Of a stretch of DNA of 64,000 bases, positions 40,326-52,975 are shown piece after piece. The notes below the pieces were generated by a model, which saw nothing but the letters and a program-made list of their open reading frames with translations, was not told the origin of the DNA and ran no database searches. Each line of letters begins with the position of its first letter. Position 1 is the stretch's first letter. A program made the translations under genes and the position numbers. Source of the DNA: Eledone cirrhosa (lineage: Eukaryota); contig OZ024743.1 of assembly GCA_964016885.1 (NCBI GenBank), positions 144,026,001 to 144,090,000 on the forward strand, written 5' to 3'.

Positions 40326-40689
40326 TGACCATCTCACTACCATCATCACAAAATCACCACCATTAGCACCACCACTGTGACTCAGTGGCGAGGGCTAACC
40401 TGGAAAGCAGGACATGCAGTCCAATCGCCATGGCAGAAAGTGGGACTGTGCAGCCTTACCCCCCCCCCCCAATTCCCTCTAAATGACCCTCCCGGTCAAA
40501 GCCGCATGTAGTGTTATCTAGTGTGTGTGTGTGTGTTATCTTATTATATGTCTATGATTTAGTAAGCAGCCAAAATTCTGCTTGCTTCAACCGACGCAAT
40601 TGAACAACTCAAGATTCTATAACGCATGCACGCACCCTTCGCCCCTGCTGTGACTAACATAACCATTGTCACTACCACCACAACCACCA

Positions 40690-42790
40690 TCACTACCCTC
40701 TTCACTAAATCACCATTTACTAGCATTACCCCACCTTACCACCATCTCACCACAAATACAACTACTCCATCATCACCACCACTGCCGCTACTACAACCAC
40801 ATACACCACCTCACATTACCACCATCTCACCACAACTACAACTACCCCATCACTACAATTGCCACTATCACCTCCACCACATACATAACCTCACATTACC
40901 ACCACCTCACCACAACTACAACTACCCCATCACTACCATTGCCACTATCACCTCCACCACATACACCACCTCACATTGCCACTGCCTCACCACAACTACA
41001 ACTACCCCATCACTACCATTGCCACTACTACCACCACCACATACACGACCTCACATTATCACCATCTCACCACAACTACAACTACCCCACCACTACCATT
41101 GCCACTACTACCACCACATACACCACCTCACATTACCACCACCTCACCACAACTACAACTACCCCATCACTACCATTGCCACTATCACCTCCACCACATA
41201 CACCACCTCACATTACCACCATCTCACCACAACTACAACTACCCCATCACTACCATTGCCACTACTACCACCACCACATACACCACCTCACATTACCACC
41301 ACCTCACCACAACTACAACTACCCCACCACTACCATTGCCACTACTACCACCTCACATTACCACCACCTCACCACAACTACAACTACAACTACCCTATCA
41401 CTACCATTGCCACTATCACCTCCACCTCACACACCACCTCACATTACCACTACCTCACCACAACTACAACTACCCCATCACTACCACTGCCACTATCACC
41501 TCCATCACCTCACCACAAATTCAACTACCCCATCACTACCACTGCCAATACTACCACCACATACACCACCTCACATTACCACCATCACCTCAACACAACT
41601 AAAACATCACTACCATTGTCACTACTACCACCACCACATACACCACCTCACATTACCACCACCTCACCACAACTACAACTACCCCATCACTACCATTGCC
41701 ACTACTACCACCGCCACATACACCACCTCACATTACCACCACCTCACCACAACTACAACTACCCCATCACTACCATTGTCACTACTACCACCACCACATA
41801 CACCACCTCACATTACCACCACCTCACCACAACTACAACTACCCCATCACTACCATTGCCACTACTACCACCGCCACATACACCACCTCACATTACCACC
41901 ACCTCACCGCAACTACAACATCACTACCATTGCCACTACTACCACCAGATACACCACCTCACATTACCACCACCTCACCACAACTACAACTACCCCATCA
42001 CTACCATTGCCACTACTACCACCACATACACCACCTCACCACAACTACAACTACCCTATCACTACCATTGCCACTACTACCACCACATACACCACCTCAC
42101 CACAACTACAACTACCCTATCACTACCATTGCCACTACTACCACCACCACATACACCACCTCACCACAACTACAACTACCCTATCACTACCATTGCCACT
42201 ACTACCACCACCACATACACCACCTCACCACAACTACAACTACCCTATCACTACCATTGCCACTACTACCACCACATACACCACCTCACCACAACTACAA
42301 CTACCCTATCACTACCATTGCCACTACTACCACCACCACATACACCACCTCACATTACCACCATCTCACCATAACTACAACTACCCCATCACTACCATTG
42401 CCACTACTACCACCACATACACTACCTCACCACAACTACAACTACCCTATCACTACCATTGCCACTACTACCACCACATACACCACCTCACCACAACTAC
42501 AACTACCCTATCACTACCATTGCCACTACTACCACCACCACATACACCACCTCACATTACCACCATCTCACCATAACTACAACTACCCCATCACTACCAT
42601 TGCCACTACTACCACCACATACACTACCTCACCACAACTACAACTACCCCATCACTACCATTGCCACTATCACCTCCACCACTTACACCACCTCACATTA
42701 CCACCATCACCTCAACTACAAAAACATCACCATTACTATCATGACCACCACCATTACTATCAGCCCCATCACCATTAGTACTACTACCAT
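40690..42790. repeat. ~2.1-kb C/A-rich minisatellite (80-bp unit with ~60-bp deletion variants)
   Basis: Units recur at 41641, 41721, 41801 and 41881; shorter variants after about 42000. Confidence 0.92.
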
Positions 42791-43434
42791 CACATCACCT
42801 ACCACCACTGGTAGGATTTGAACTCAGAATATTGAAGTATGAAACTAAATATTGTAAGCTATATATATAATCTGGTATTGTACTGTTACATTCTTAGACT
42901 GGGTTAGCAGGATATATATCTACTTATATCTGTGTTCAACTTTTACCGAAGTCAACTCATTAAGACTTACACCTGTGCAGGTATAACTGGTTTCCTATGC
43001 AATTGTGGGACACTTTCTCTTCTACTATAGCTTCAGGCTAACCAATGTTTTTTGAGTGAAATTTGGAAGCTAAAAACTGTGGTGGCGGTAGTGGCTGCTG
43101 CTACTGCTGGTTATAGATCTAGTTGGTGACACTGCTCAACATTTTGACTTGTGAGAATTTATACCTGACTTAAGAAAAATAAGTAGTGGGTTGACGTCAT
43201 GAAGGACATTAAGATTAGGATACTCTCTTAAAATGTCTTGTAATGATTGTGGAGTTTCTAATGATATAAGATGACTAAGACATTTATGTTTTTGCCAATT
43301 CATCAACCCTCTCTCTCTATTTAAAAATAGAAAATTGTATAATGAGGCCCTATCCTTATTTTGTAATCTGCACTTGAATTATCTTATTTTCACAATAAAC
43401 CTTACAATTGATCAAGAAAAAAGGGATTGTCTTC

Positions 43435-43472
<38 letters not shown>

Positions 43473-44559
43473 TATATATAGATTACACGTGTGTGTTGGA
43501 TGTGAGAAATATCAGGACACACCCTGTAGCTTGAAGCAGTACACTTGAGGATAAAGATATTCTAGGTGTTTCGTATAAGCTATGACATAGATTCAATAGC
43601 TGACTATATGGGTCATATCATCATCATCATCATAAATTTGTTTTTCCATTCTTGTATAGGTTAGATACAGGCCAATTACTAGAGAAGTGGGGCACCGGAG
43701 GGCACTGATCCCCTCCCTACTTTTCAATGGTTCACCAGATTTAGAAAAATTTCTGGCGATATGCTTTTTTTGAAACTCTGCCTTAGTATTATTGTGAACT
43801 AGTGTCCATCCAGAATGTTCTGAAACAGTCCCCTCACCTCACCTCCCAAGCACCGATGACTGGTTATAGACCTAGTTGGATGGATCTTCTCTAGAACAGC
43901 TTCCCTACACTTGCTGATTTCTTTCATGATCTCTGATCCCACAGATCAGCTCACTATTTTCTCTTGGGTTTTCCTTGATCCTCCTCTTCCATATTCATAT
44001 GTATTTAGTCTCACTGTGAAGTTAAGCCCTATGATGGCCTTTTTGATTGCTAGAATTGAGGCTGGAACCAACTGGTCTGACTGTTATTTAACAATTCATA
44101 CGAATGCCAAGTGTAGGGGCTACTTATCACTAAGGTTGCACCATTTAATCAGCAAATAATTAGTAATGGCCTTATCGGCTACTTTACCACTTAATTAGTT
44201 TTGATAAGTAGCCATTATTGTTTTGGAGCTAGAAAACCATGGGTGACAGAGAAATTTATTAAACACATTGGATTCAACATGTAGAAATATATGAGAAATA
44301 TATTATTATTAAGTCTACCAGTGTAATATAACTCTGTTCTTAGTGCTTGAATGTGCTGATCTACACAACTGCAAATTATTTGGGATTGTCCAGGGAGCAT
44401 AACTTCAAGTAGGTTGTTAAAGGGTGTCAAAGGAGAAGAGAGACCTCCCACTCACCTGAGAGGTTATGTATTTAATTGGATCTTTTAAAAAGCAATCAGT
44501 TTTATTATTCTAAAGATTCCAATTACATGTTTATTTATAGGTATTTAAAATGTTTCCAG

Positions 44560-44743
44560 TAATAATTGTTTCTACTTTAGGCACAAGGCCAGCAATTAGC
44601 CAGTGCATTACTGGTACTTTATTTTATCGACCCCGTAAGGATGAAAGGCAAAGTCAACCTCGGCGGGATTTGAACTCAGATCGTAAAGGGACGTAACTAT
44701 GCTGGAAAGCATGGCGTCCGACCCTCTACCGATACTGCCAATC
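44560..44743 (-). mobile_element. SINE family A copy
   Basis: Reverse complement nearly identical to 21160-21338. Confidence 0.82.
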
Positions 44744-47709
44744 CTAAGTTACTAAAAACAAAAAATAAAACTTAATGATCCAATTTAAGAACTTATAAAT
44801 TATAATGTAAACATCAAAATTTCTCCCTATTTGGAGCATAGCTGATTTCTTGTAAAATCATACAATAAAATCAAACTAATTTTGTAATCATGTGCTCACA
44901 AATAGTAGCTTCATAATTGTGATTAATTATGAAATATTGTAATATATTACTTACTATTAATTATAATACAAATTTTCATATCACAATACATAATTGTATT
45001 ATAGATAATATGCAACCAAATAATTGGTATTGACTTATAAGGCAAGATCGATTAATTGGTCATCAGCCAATTTGCTTCTGGGTGCATCCCTACTTATGAT
45101 ACATGATCAATGGCCTGACAATAATTACTATTGTAATAATGTAGTGTGGATTATGAATAAAGAAATGTCTTTTTTTTATCACTTAGTCAAGAAGGTCATT
45201 GCCCGTAATCCTTTTCAAAGCCTTCGAGACTGGTGGTAGAGATGGCAGTATCTTCAAATTGGACACCTGGCCTGAATGGTTGCAACAAAGTAAACTCTGT
45301 TAAAGGTACTCAAAGGCCAATTAGTGATGCTAAACTGGACAGCAGATTAAGTCTACCACCCATGTAGGCCAGTGTGGAAATTGAACTCAGAATGGAACAA
45401 GTACTTCAAAACATTCCATTCAATGCTCTAACAATTCTGTCAGTCAACAGCTCTAGACAGGCACTTTATTTATTGACCTTGAAAGATGGAAACTTGGAAT
45501 GCAAGGACCTGGAATAAATACCAAGAGGTTTGCTGCTGCCAATTTGCCATTCGTCTCGCTATGTATTTAACCTCACTGAAAATTGACTCTACTGGGGCCT
45601 TTTTGGCAGTTTTGGTTGCTGTAGATTCCATTTGTTGAAAACTCACTTCCACATTTTTATGGTATTGTTGGTTATCTGCTTCTTTTGACCAAACCACAAC
45701 CAATACTTCAAAAAAGCATGTGGTTCCAGATTCAATCTCATTGTGCTGCGCCAGAGACAAACATCATTTCTCATAGTTAGCTACAGCAGGTATGCATAAA
45801 ATCAAAACAAATACTGTATAACATCTTATCTGATCCTCCTATAATTCCATCAATCCTCCAGCCTGGACTGCTACTATATTTTATCAATCTCAGAAGGATG
45901 AACAGCAAAGTTGACCTCAGAGATTTAAACTCAGGACACAGAGAGCTGAAATAAGTTCCACTAAGTATTTTGCCCTGTACTCAAATGACTACTTATTCTG
46001 CAATGGTTAACATTTCTCATTGGTGTTATATTTGTAACATGAGACGTTATGAATGATGACATGTGACCTCTTTTCTTTCTCAAATTGGTGCTTATAAATA
46101 TCTGATATCATTACTTTCTATTAAACAACCTTAGCTGTTCATTCATTCATAATATATTGGTATTCTCACAGAAAATTGTTGAAAATAGAAGAATGTTCTG
46201 TTAATAATCTCTGGAAGTCAAATTATAATTAATAGATCTGTAAGTTTTGATGATGTGTGTTCTTGTTGTTAGATCAATGGAACATTCTAAATCTTAATGT
46301 AATTGTCAAGAAGATTCAATGTGACAAATTTTGTGACAAGGCCGGCTATTTGAATTATAGGTATGGTCCATCTGATGGGCTTCCAAACAGTTTCCCTCTG
46401 CCAAGTTTCACTCACAAGATTTGGGTTGACCCGAGGCTATGATAAATGATACTTGACCAAGATTCCACACAGTGGGATTGAACCTGGAAGCTTAAAACTG
46501 TCAAGTGAACTTCTTAGATATTCCACCATGCTGAGTCCACACATGATAATGAATATATCTTAATGCTAGATGTCAGATAAGCTGCAAATGTGTGGAACCA
46601 AATGATTGATCCTCCATTGATTTCAACAGTAAGCATTCAGCTGTTTGATCAACTAAGCACCCAGCTCATGAATTAATAGGAAAATGGTTTTTAACTGACA
46701 CTCAGCATGGCTTTCGCTGAGGTAGAAATTGTCTTATGCAGCTCTTCCAACATTGACTGCATACTCAAACAGATGCTAGACCTTTTGGACATGGATGTTT
46801 TATATATATATTGCACAGGGTAGGAAATGTGAAATAGCAACACTCATATGCAAAGATTGAGGAATGTAGCTGTGTACTTTTTGAATTCCCTTATTCTCAG
46901 GGAATGATTGTTCATCCACTGGAAACATAGAACACCAGCACGCCCGAATCATGAAACATCTGCATGCATGTGCAAAATCTGAAGAAAATCAGCTGGATAC
47001 TCTTTAAGCATACTAAATCTTAAAGTATGATTTTTCTTCCATTTGGAGAAAATCGGTTAGGTACTTTTCGAGTTTCATAGATTTGCAGCCAGTCATCCGG
47101 ACAGACATCATCAGTTATGTCTATTACGCCTGCCTAAAAGATGCAGTTTTGCGCCTAATGCAGGCCCTAGAAAAAGTTAATTTTTTTTAGCCCATTGAAC
47201 TTCAAGAAATATAAGTAACACATGTGTAAAGTTTGAAAAAGATTTTTCCGGTACTTCTCGAGTTTTAGGAATTTACACAGACAGACATCCTCTGTTTTAT
47301 ATATATAGAGATATATGATAATAATAATAATGGTTTCCTATATAGGCACAAGGCCAGCAATTTTTGGGGGGGAGGGGAAAGTTGATAAAATCGACCCCAG
47401 TGCGTGACTGGTACTTTATTTTATCGACCCCGTAACAGAGGATAGAAAATAGAAAGCTGATTTTGATTTGGGGCTGGTCTGCCGATTCCGTGTCCTTGTA
47501 ACGGTAGGTCATTCCCGAATTATAAAGTTTCCAGGCCTTCTGTTGTCGATTTAAATAAATATTTCAGCCCCTCCCTGCGCCAACAACTAGATACCACATC
47601 TACGATGGAAGATCTGCATAACATCGAGTGCTTTAATTTATTGCATCATCGTTTACTAACCGGAACCACCAGTTCCACCAGTTGGTAAACAACATAACAT
47701 AAATGGTGT

Positions 47710-48230
47710 ATATACACACACACACACATGTATGTATGTATATGTACATATATGTGTGTGTATGTATATATATATATATATTTATATATGTGTGTGCATG
47801 TATATATTTATGTGTGTGTGATTATATATATATATGTGTATATATGTATGTGTGTGTGTGTACATATATATGTGTATGTATGTGTGTGTGTATATATATA
47901 TGTATGTATGTGTGTGTGTATATATATATGTATGTATGTGTGTGTATATATGTGTATGTGTATATATGTGTATGTATGCGTATATATATGTGTGTGTGTA
48001 TATATATATATGTGTATGTATGTGTGTGTATGTGTGTGTATATATATATATGTGTATGTATGTGTGTGTATGTGTGTGTATATATATATATGTGTGTATA
48101 TGTATGCGTGTGTGTGTGTGTATATATATATATGTGTGTGTGTATTATATATGTGTATGTATATGTGTGTGTATATATGTATGTGTGTGTATGTATGTAT
48201 ATTTATATATGTATGTATAATATATATATT
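47710..48230. repeat. (TG/TA)n microsatellite
   Basis: Direct inspection. Confidence 0.95.
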
Positions 48231-48365
48231 GCTGGCAAGGAACGATGTTAAAATGTCAACCCACATATCTCATCCAGCTCTCTTAAAATTGAAACTTGTG
48301 AAACCAGTAAAGTTGTCATTTTAAATAAACCTTATATACATACATACATATATGTATATATATTA

Positions 48366-48403
48366 CGAGCTGAGGATCCGCTAAGGTGAAACAATTGTTC
48401 TCG
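48366..48403 (+). ncRNA. Minimal type I hammerhead ribozyme (38 nt), family H3
   Basis: CGAG-CTGAGGA-T-CC-GCTAA-GG-T-GAA-ACAATTGT-T-CTCG: palindromic stem III, GUU triplet; whole insert 48364-48436 lies in a TA tract. Confidence 0.78.
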
Positions 48404-48432
48404 GTATGGTGAACTAACTGTTGTGTAACCAC

Positions 48433-48856
<424 letters not shown>

Positions 48857-48910
48857 ATGTGTTATTGTTTGCTGTGAGAAAAAGCTCATATATATATATC
48901 AAACAAAAGC

Positions 48911-49061
48911 TCCCGTTAAGGGTGAAAGCAGTGATTCTTTGCTTAAACTTTAATCTGTTATTTTAATAAATATTTGCTCTATGGTTCTTATATATTTGAT
49001 ATATATTTATCCTTATCGAGCCCTCTTTGGATTTTAGTCTTCAAATTTACTATTATTACTA
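48911..49061 (+). mobile_element. Family H1 copy (5'-truncated inside the hairpin)
   Basis: Reverse complement of 10693-10842. Confidence 0.78.
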
Positions 49062-49210
49062 TATATATATGTGTGTGTGTGTGCACATTTATCTATAGAT
49101 TGATCTAACTGATAATGGTGCATGTTCAATAGATAGTACTCTATGAGTACAAATATTTCCATATCATATATATATATGGTAGTTTTATATTTGTGTCTGT
49201 GTATATATCA

Positions 49211-49546
49211 TTTCATCATCATTTCAGTTTACGTCCGCTTTTCCCTGCTAGCAAGGGTGGGACGGGAACTGATTCTGGCTTGATTTCTACAGTCGGATGC
49301 CCTTCCTAACACCAACCTCATTTACAGTGAGTGCTGGGTGCTTTTATGCCGTGGCACCTCCACGACCACTTTGCAGTGGAATGATATGGACCCCAGTCCT
49401 ATCATCTCATTTCTACAGCTGAGTAAACTGGAGCAATGTGAAATAAAGTGTCTTGCTCAAGGAAACAACACATCACCCGGTCTGAGAATTGAACTCACAA
49501 CCTTTCGATTGCAAGGCCAATGCTCTAACCACTAAGCCATGTGCCT
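49211..49546 (-). mobile_element. SINE family B copy
   Basis: Reverse complement of 55629-55960. Confidence 0.85.
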
Positions 49547-49554
49547 ATATATAT

Positions 49555-49599
<45 letters not shown>

Positions 49600-49602
<3 letters not shown>

Positions 49603-49786
49603 CGAAGGAAATGTGGTAAGGAACCAGGTGGACCATAACGCACCAAAGTACTTAATACTTAGGGTAGTAGAGTGGGTAATAGGAACCAGTAAGATCCCGA
49701 CGGCTGAGCTCAAGCCGTTTCGATGGCTAATTCAGAATTAGCCGTCGAAACGGCTTGAGCTCAGCAGTCGGGGTCTTACTGGTTCC

Positions 49787-49790
<4 letters not shown>
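49600..49790 (-). mobile_element. Fold-back element, family H4
   Basis: Palindrome 49678-49790 centred on 49734; tail 49600-49677; TA flanks. Confidence 0.78.
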
Positions 49791-49837
<47 letters not shown>

Positions 49838-49838
49838 A

Positions 49839-49868
<30 letters not shown>

Positions 49869-49871
<3 letters not shown>

Positions 49872-50063
49872 GGAACAAGTATGAACCCGAACGGCAGAGC
49901 TCAAGCCTTTTCGACGGCTAATTCTGGATAGAATTAGCCGTCGAAACGGCTTGAGCTCTGCCGTCGGGGTCATACTTGTTCCTATTACCCACTCTACTAC
50001 CCTAACTATTGAGTACTTCGGTGCATTATGGTCCATCTGGTTCCTTATCACATTTCCTTCGTT
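49869..50063 (+). mobile_element. Fold-back element, family H4
   Basis: Palindrome about 49869-49986 with loop TGGATA, plus tail; TA flanks. Confidence 0.78.
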
Positions 50064-50087
50064 ATATATATATATATATATTATATC

Positions 50088-50495
50088 ATATAAGATCAAA
50101 AGATGGTTAAAGGAGTTCCATGTATTTTATTATGCGCATTTCAAAAACAAACATCATCATGCAATAATATTTGTGTTTTCATCAGATAAAACAGGAGAAC
50201 ATGATATGAAGGCTAAAAAACACTTGTGGATAGTGCAGTTTTAAATCAACTGCACTATCCACAAGTGTTTTTTAGCCTTCATATCATGTTCTCCTGTTTT
50301 ATCTGATGAAAACACAAATATTATTGCATGATGATATTTGTTTTTGAAATGCGCATAATAAAATACATGGAACTCCTTTAACCATCTTTTGATCTTATAT
50401 TATGTATACTCCAGTCCTACAAACTGTAGAGTGCTTCTTATCTGCATTGCTTTATTGTACTACAATAAAACTCACCTCCTACATTATATATATTA
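50088..50495 (+). mobile_element. Fold-back hammerhead element, family H5 (153-bp arms, 7-nt loop, tail)
   Basis: 50088-50240 versus 50248-50400 with one mismatch seen; ACTC..GAGTGC tail motif at 50408-50434. Confidence 0.8.
50295..50365 (+). ncRNA. Type I hammerhead ribozyme (mirror copy on minus strand at 50123-50193)
   Basis: TGTTTTAT-CTGATGA-15-bp stem II-GAA-ATGCGCAT-A-ATAAAATA. Confidence 0.82.
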
Positions 50496-52577
50496 TATCT
50501 ATAGTTTAAGCCAAAATTTGAGGACACATGTCCAGGAACCAATGGGAACTAGATACACACACACACACACTGTATTATTTTACACCCAGGTTTGTTGATA
50601 GTGGCAGTTGTCAGTCAGTCAGATTTAATTATTGTTCTCAATGGATATAGATGACAATGAGGCCTGGTTTTTTTCACTCAACTGTTTCAAGTCATTGATT
50701 ATAGCTCCCTGTTACACCATCACCACCATCCCTACCATTACTTCTGGCTGAACAACCACCATTACCATCACCACTACCTCCACTAATGGCATCACCACGG
50801 TCCAATCAGCAACTTTTGTGTATTTTCAATGTATGATTGCAAAGCTAGTTGAATCACAGTATTTTTTACATTGGAGGAGGCTACTCTAATAATATATATT
50901 ATCAATCTGCTGTGGTAAAGTGTTGGAAAATAGGGGGAAATAAAAGGAAGGAGATTAAAAAAGTAAGTAAAATTTAAAAACTTTACTTTCTCTTTTCCCC
51001 TCTCCACTAATATTTCAAGTGTTTTTATTCTTTCAATATGGTTTTGGCTCTGAATCTAATAGAGTTTTATATCGCAGTTTTAATTAAACTGGGGTCTCCA
51101 TTTTCTTTGTATTAAATTAAACTGCATGACAAAATATGTTGTTCAAGTACATACCATTTGCATATCAAGAATGTAGTTTTCCCTTTTCATACATTATCAA
51201 GCATGCACACACACACACACACACACACATACGCACACGCACACGTGCACGCACACGTGCATGCACACAAACACACACACACAAACACACACACACAAAC
51301 ACACACACACACAAACATACACACAGACACACACACACACACATTCACTAGCAAAAATATAAAATAAAGTAAAATAGATGCTTGGAAGGTGGTAATTCTG
51401 CTAGTTTTATATAAGAACATTTGTTATTTTATGTTTAATTATGACAAAGTTAGTTACTTTACTAAATCTCTTCAAATTTTCTTATTACTTTCAAAAGTAT
51501 TTGAAAATCATAGGTAGTGTTTTTCTTTCAAAAGGATTAAAGAATTACCAGAATTTCACATCACACTGATGAACCCCGGTTAAAAATAAAATACATATTT
51601 GTGATTAGAATTTTATGATTTTTATCATCAAGACTAAGAAGAGTTTACTTCTTAACATCCTATAATGATTTAGTAGAAAATATATAGAAACAGCTTTGTT
51701 AATTCAAATGTTTATAGTATCTTTCCTTGTGAGCAGATCTGTGTGAAAATTTGCAGTAAACTATATATAGACTATAATTTTTAATGTTGTGTAGTAATTG
51801 TGCTGTTTATTTTTACTATTCACGAATGTGGTTTCACATTCAGAGATAATAAACTAAACCAATTCTTCGGTTGAATTTTATTTTGAATTATTTTTAGTAC
51901 AAGATAACGAAATTCCCTCCCTATCATGAAACTTAAATGAATGGTGGGCCAATCAGAATGAAACAAATTGATGTTATTCCAGGAATATAGCACAAATAAA
52001 TCCCAAAACTCAGTCCTTAGCAAGTGGGCAGTATTAATAATAATAAATAGATAAATATCAATAGACAAAGATTCAACATTTAAAGAGGAAGATGTTGCTG
52101 TTAGAAACATGTAATGCATATAGATAATGATTGTTGGGTAAAGATGTGTCATGAGTTCCAAGTAGAAGGAAGCTGTAGAAGAGGAAAGCTAAGCAAGGCT
52201 TGAGCAGAAGTGGTGAAAGCTGATCTGAGACAGAGATAAAAGACTGCACAAGTGGCAGAACCTGTCCCAATACCTATACAAACATGAAGGAATGGATGTA
52301 AAAAATGACAATGATAATGCTATGAATGAGCTTGTGTGACATTAATGTTTTTCTCAAAAGCATAAGTGGTGTAGTTCATCATCATCATCATCATCATCAC
52401 CGTTTTACATAAGTTTTGTTTTTCTGTTTATGTCATGCATTTGTGTTGTTGGTTATAGGTTTCAAACAGGCTAATCATTATTTCACAGCATTTCCAATTC
52501 TGGCAGTAACAAAAGGTGTTTGTGCACTCAGCATTTAAAAGCCTGAATCTCATATGATTAGCTGTCTCTTGTGACAG

Positions 52578-52633
52578 TTTCTGGAATTTTGTTTCAAATT
52601 CTAATAGTTGAGTGTTGGAACCTCCTGTCCAGA
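52578..52633 (+). CDS. Candidate 56-nt internal exon (xSGILFQILIVECWNLLSR), or 26-nt micro-exon from 52608
   Basis: Acceptor CTCTTGTGACAG (alternative TTCTAATAG) and consensus donor GTAAGT; one open frame; no homology recognised. Confidence 0.22.
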
Positions 52634-52742
52634 GTAAGTTTCATCTTATAATTGAAAGCAGATCGCTGTCGCTGCTCATTAGATTTGGCTGTACATACAG
52701 AATAAACAATGATTAGTACAAGAATAGAGTGATCTATATTTT

Positions 52743-52975
52743 ATGACTGTGAAGCTATACCAGTGGCTTGAGGCCAGGTGTTTCATGTTTAAGAACGCTT
52801 ATTATTCTGCAAATGCTCTTAAACATGAAATGCCTGGCTCTCGAGTTACTGGTGTAGCTTCACAGCTATAATAAACTATAATAAAATATATCATGGCTCA
52901 TCAGAATCTCATACTACAGTTCCCGAGTGATGAAACCCAAGGAATGAAAAATTCAGTTTATTTATTCAAAACAAT
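52743..52975 (+). mobile_element. Decayed fold-back element centred on TTTC..GAAA, plus tail
   Basis: Arms about 52743-52794 and 52816-52870; a related single arm at about 33605-33652. Confidence 0.55.

Noticed and set aside
40626-42821. 582-636 aa His/Thr/Pro-rich ORFs
   Set aside because: Open in all three frames; the 80-bp unit is not a multiple of 3, so frame is not preserved; compositional artefact.
51561-51604. Possible hammerhead (TCACA-CTGATGA..TGTGA)
   Set aside because: G12 is absent and stem II is not formed; at best a dead relic.
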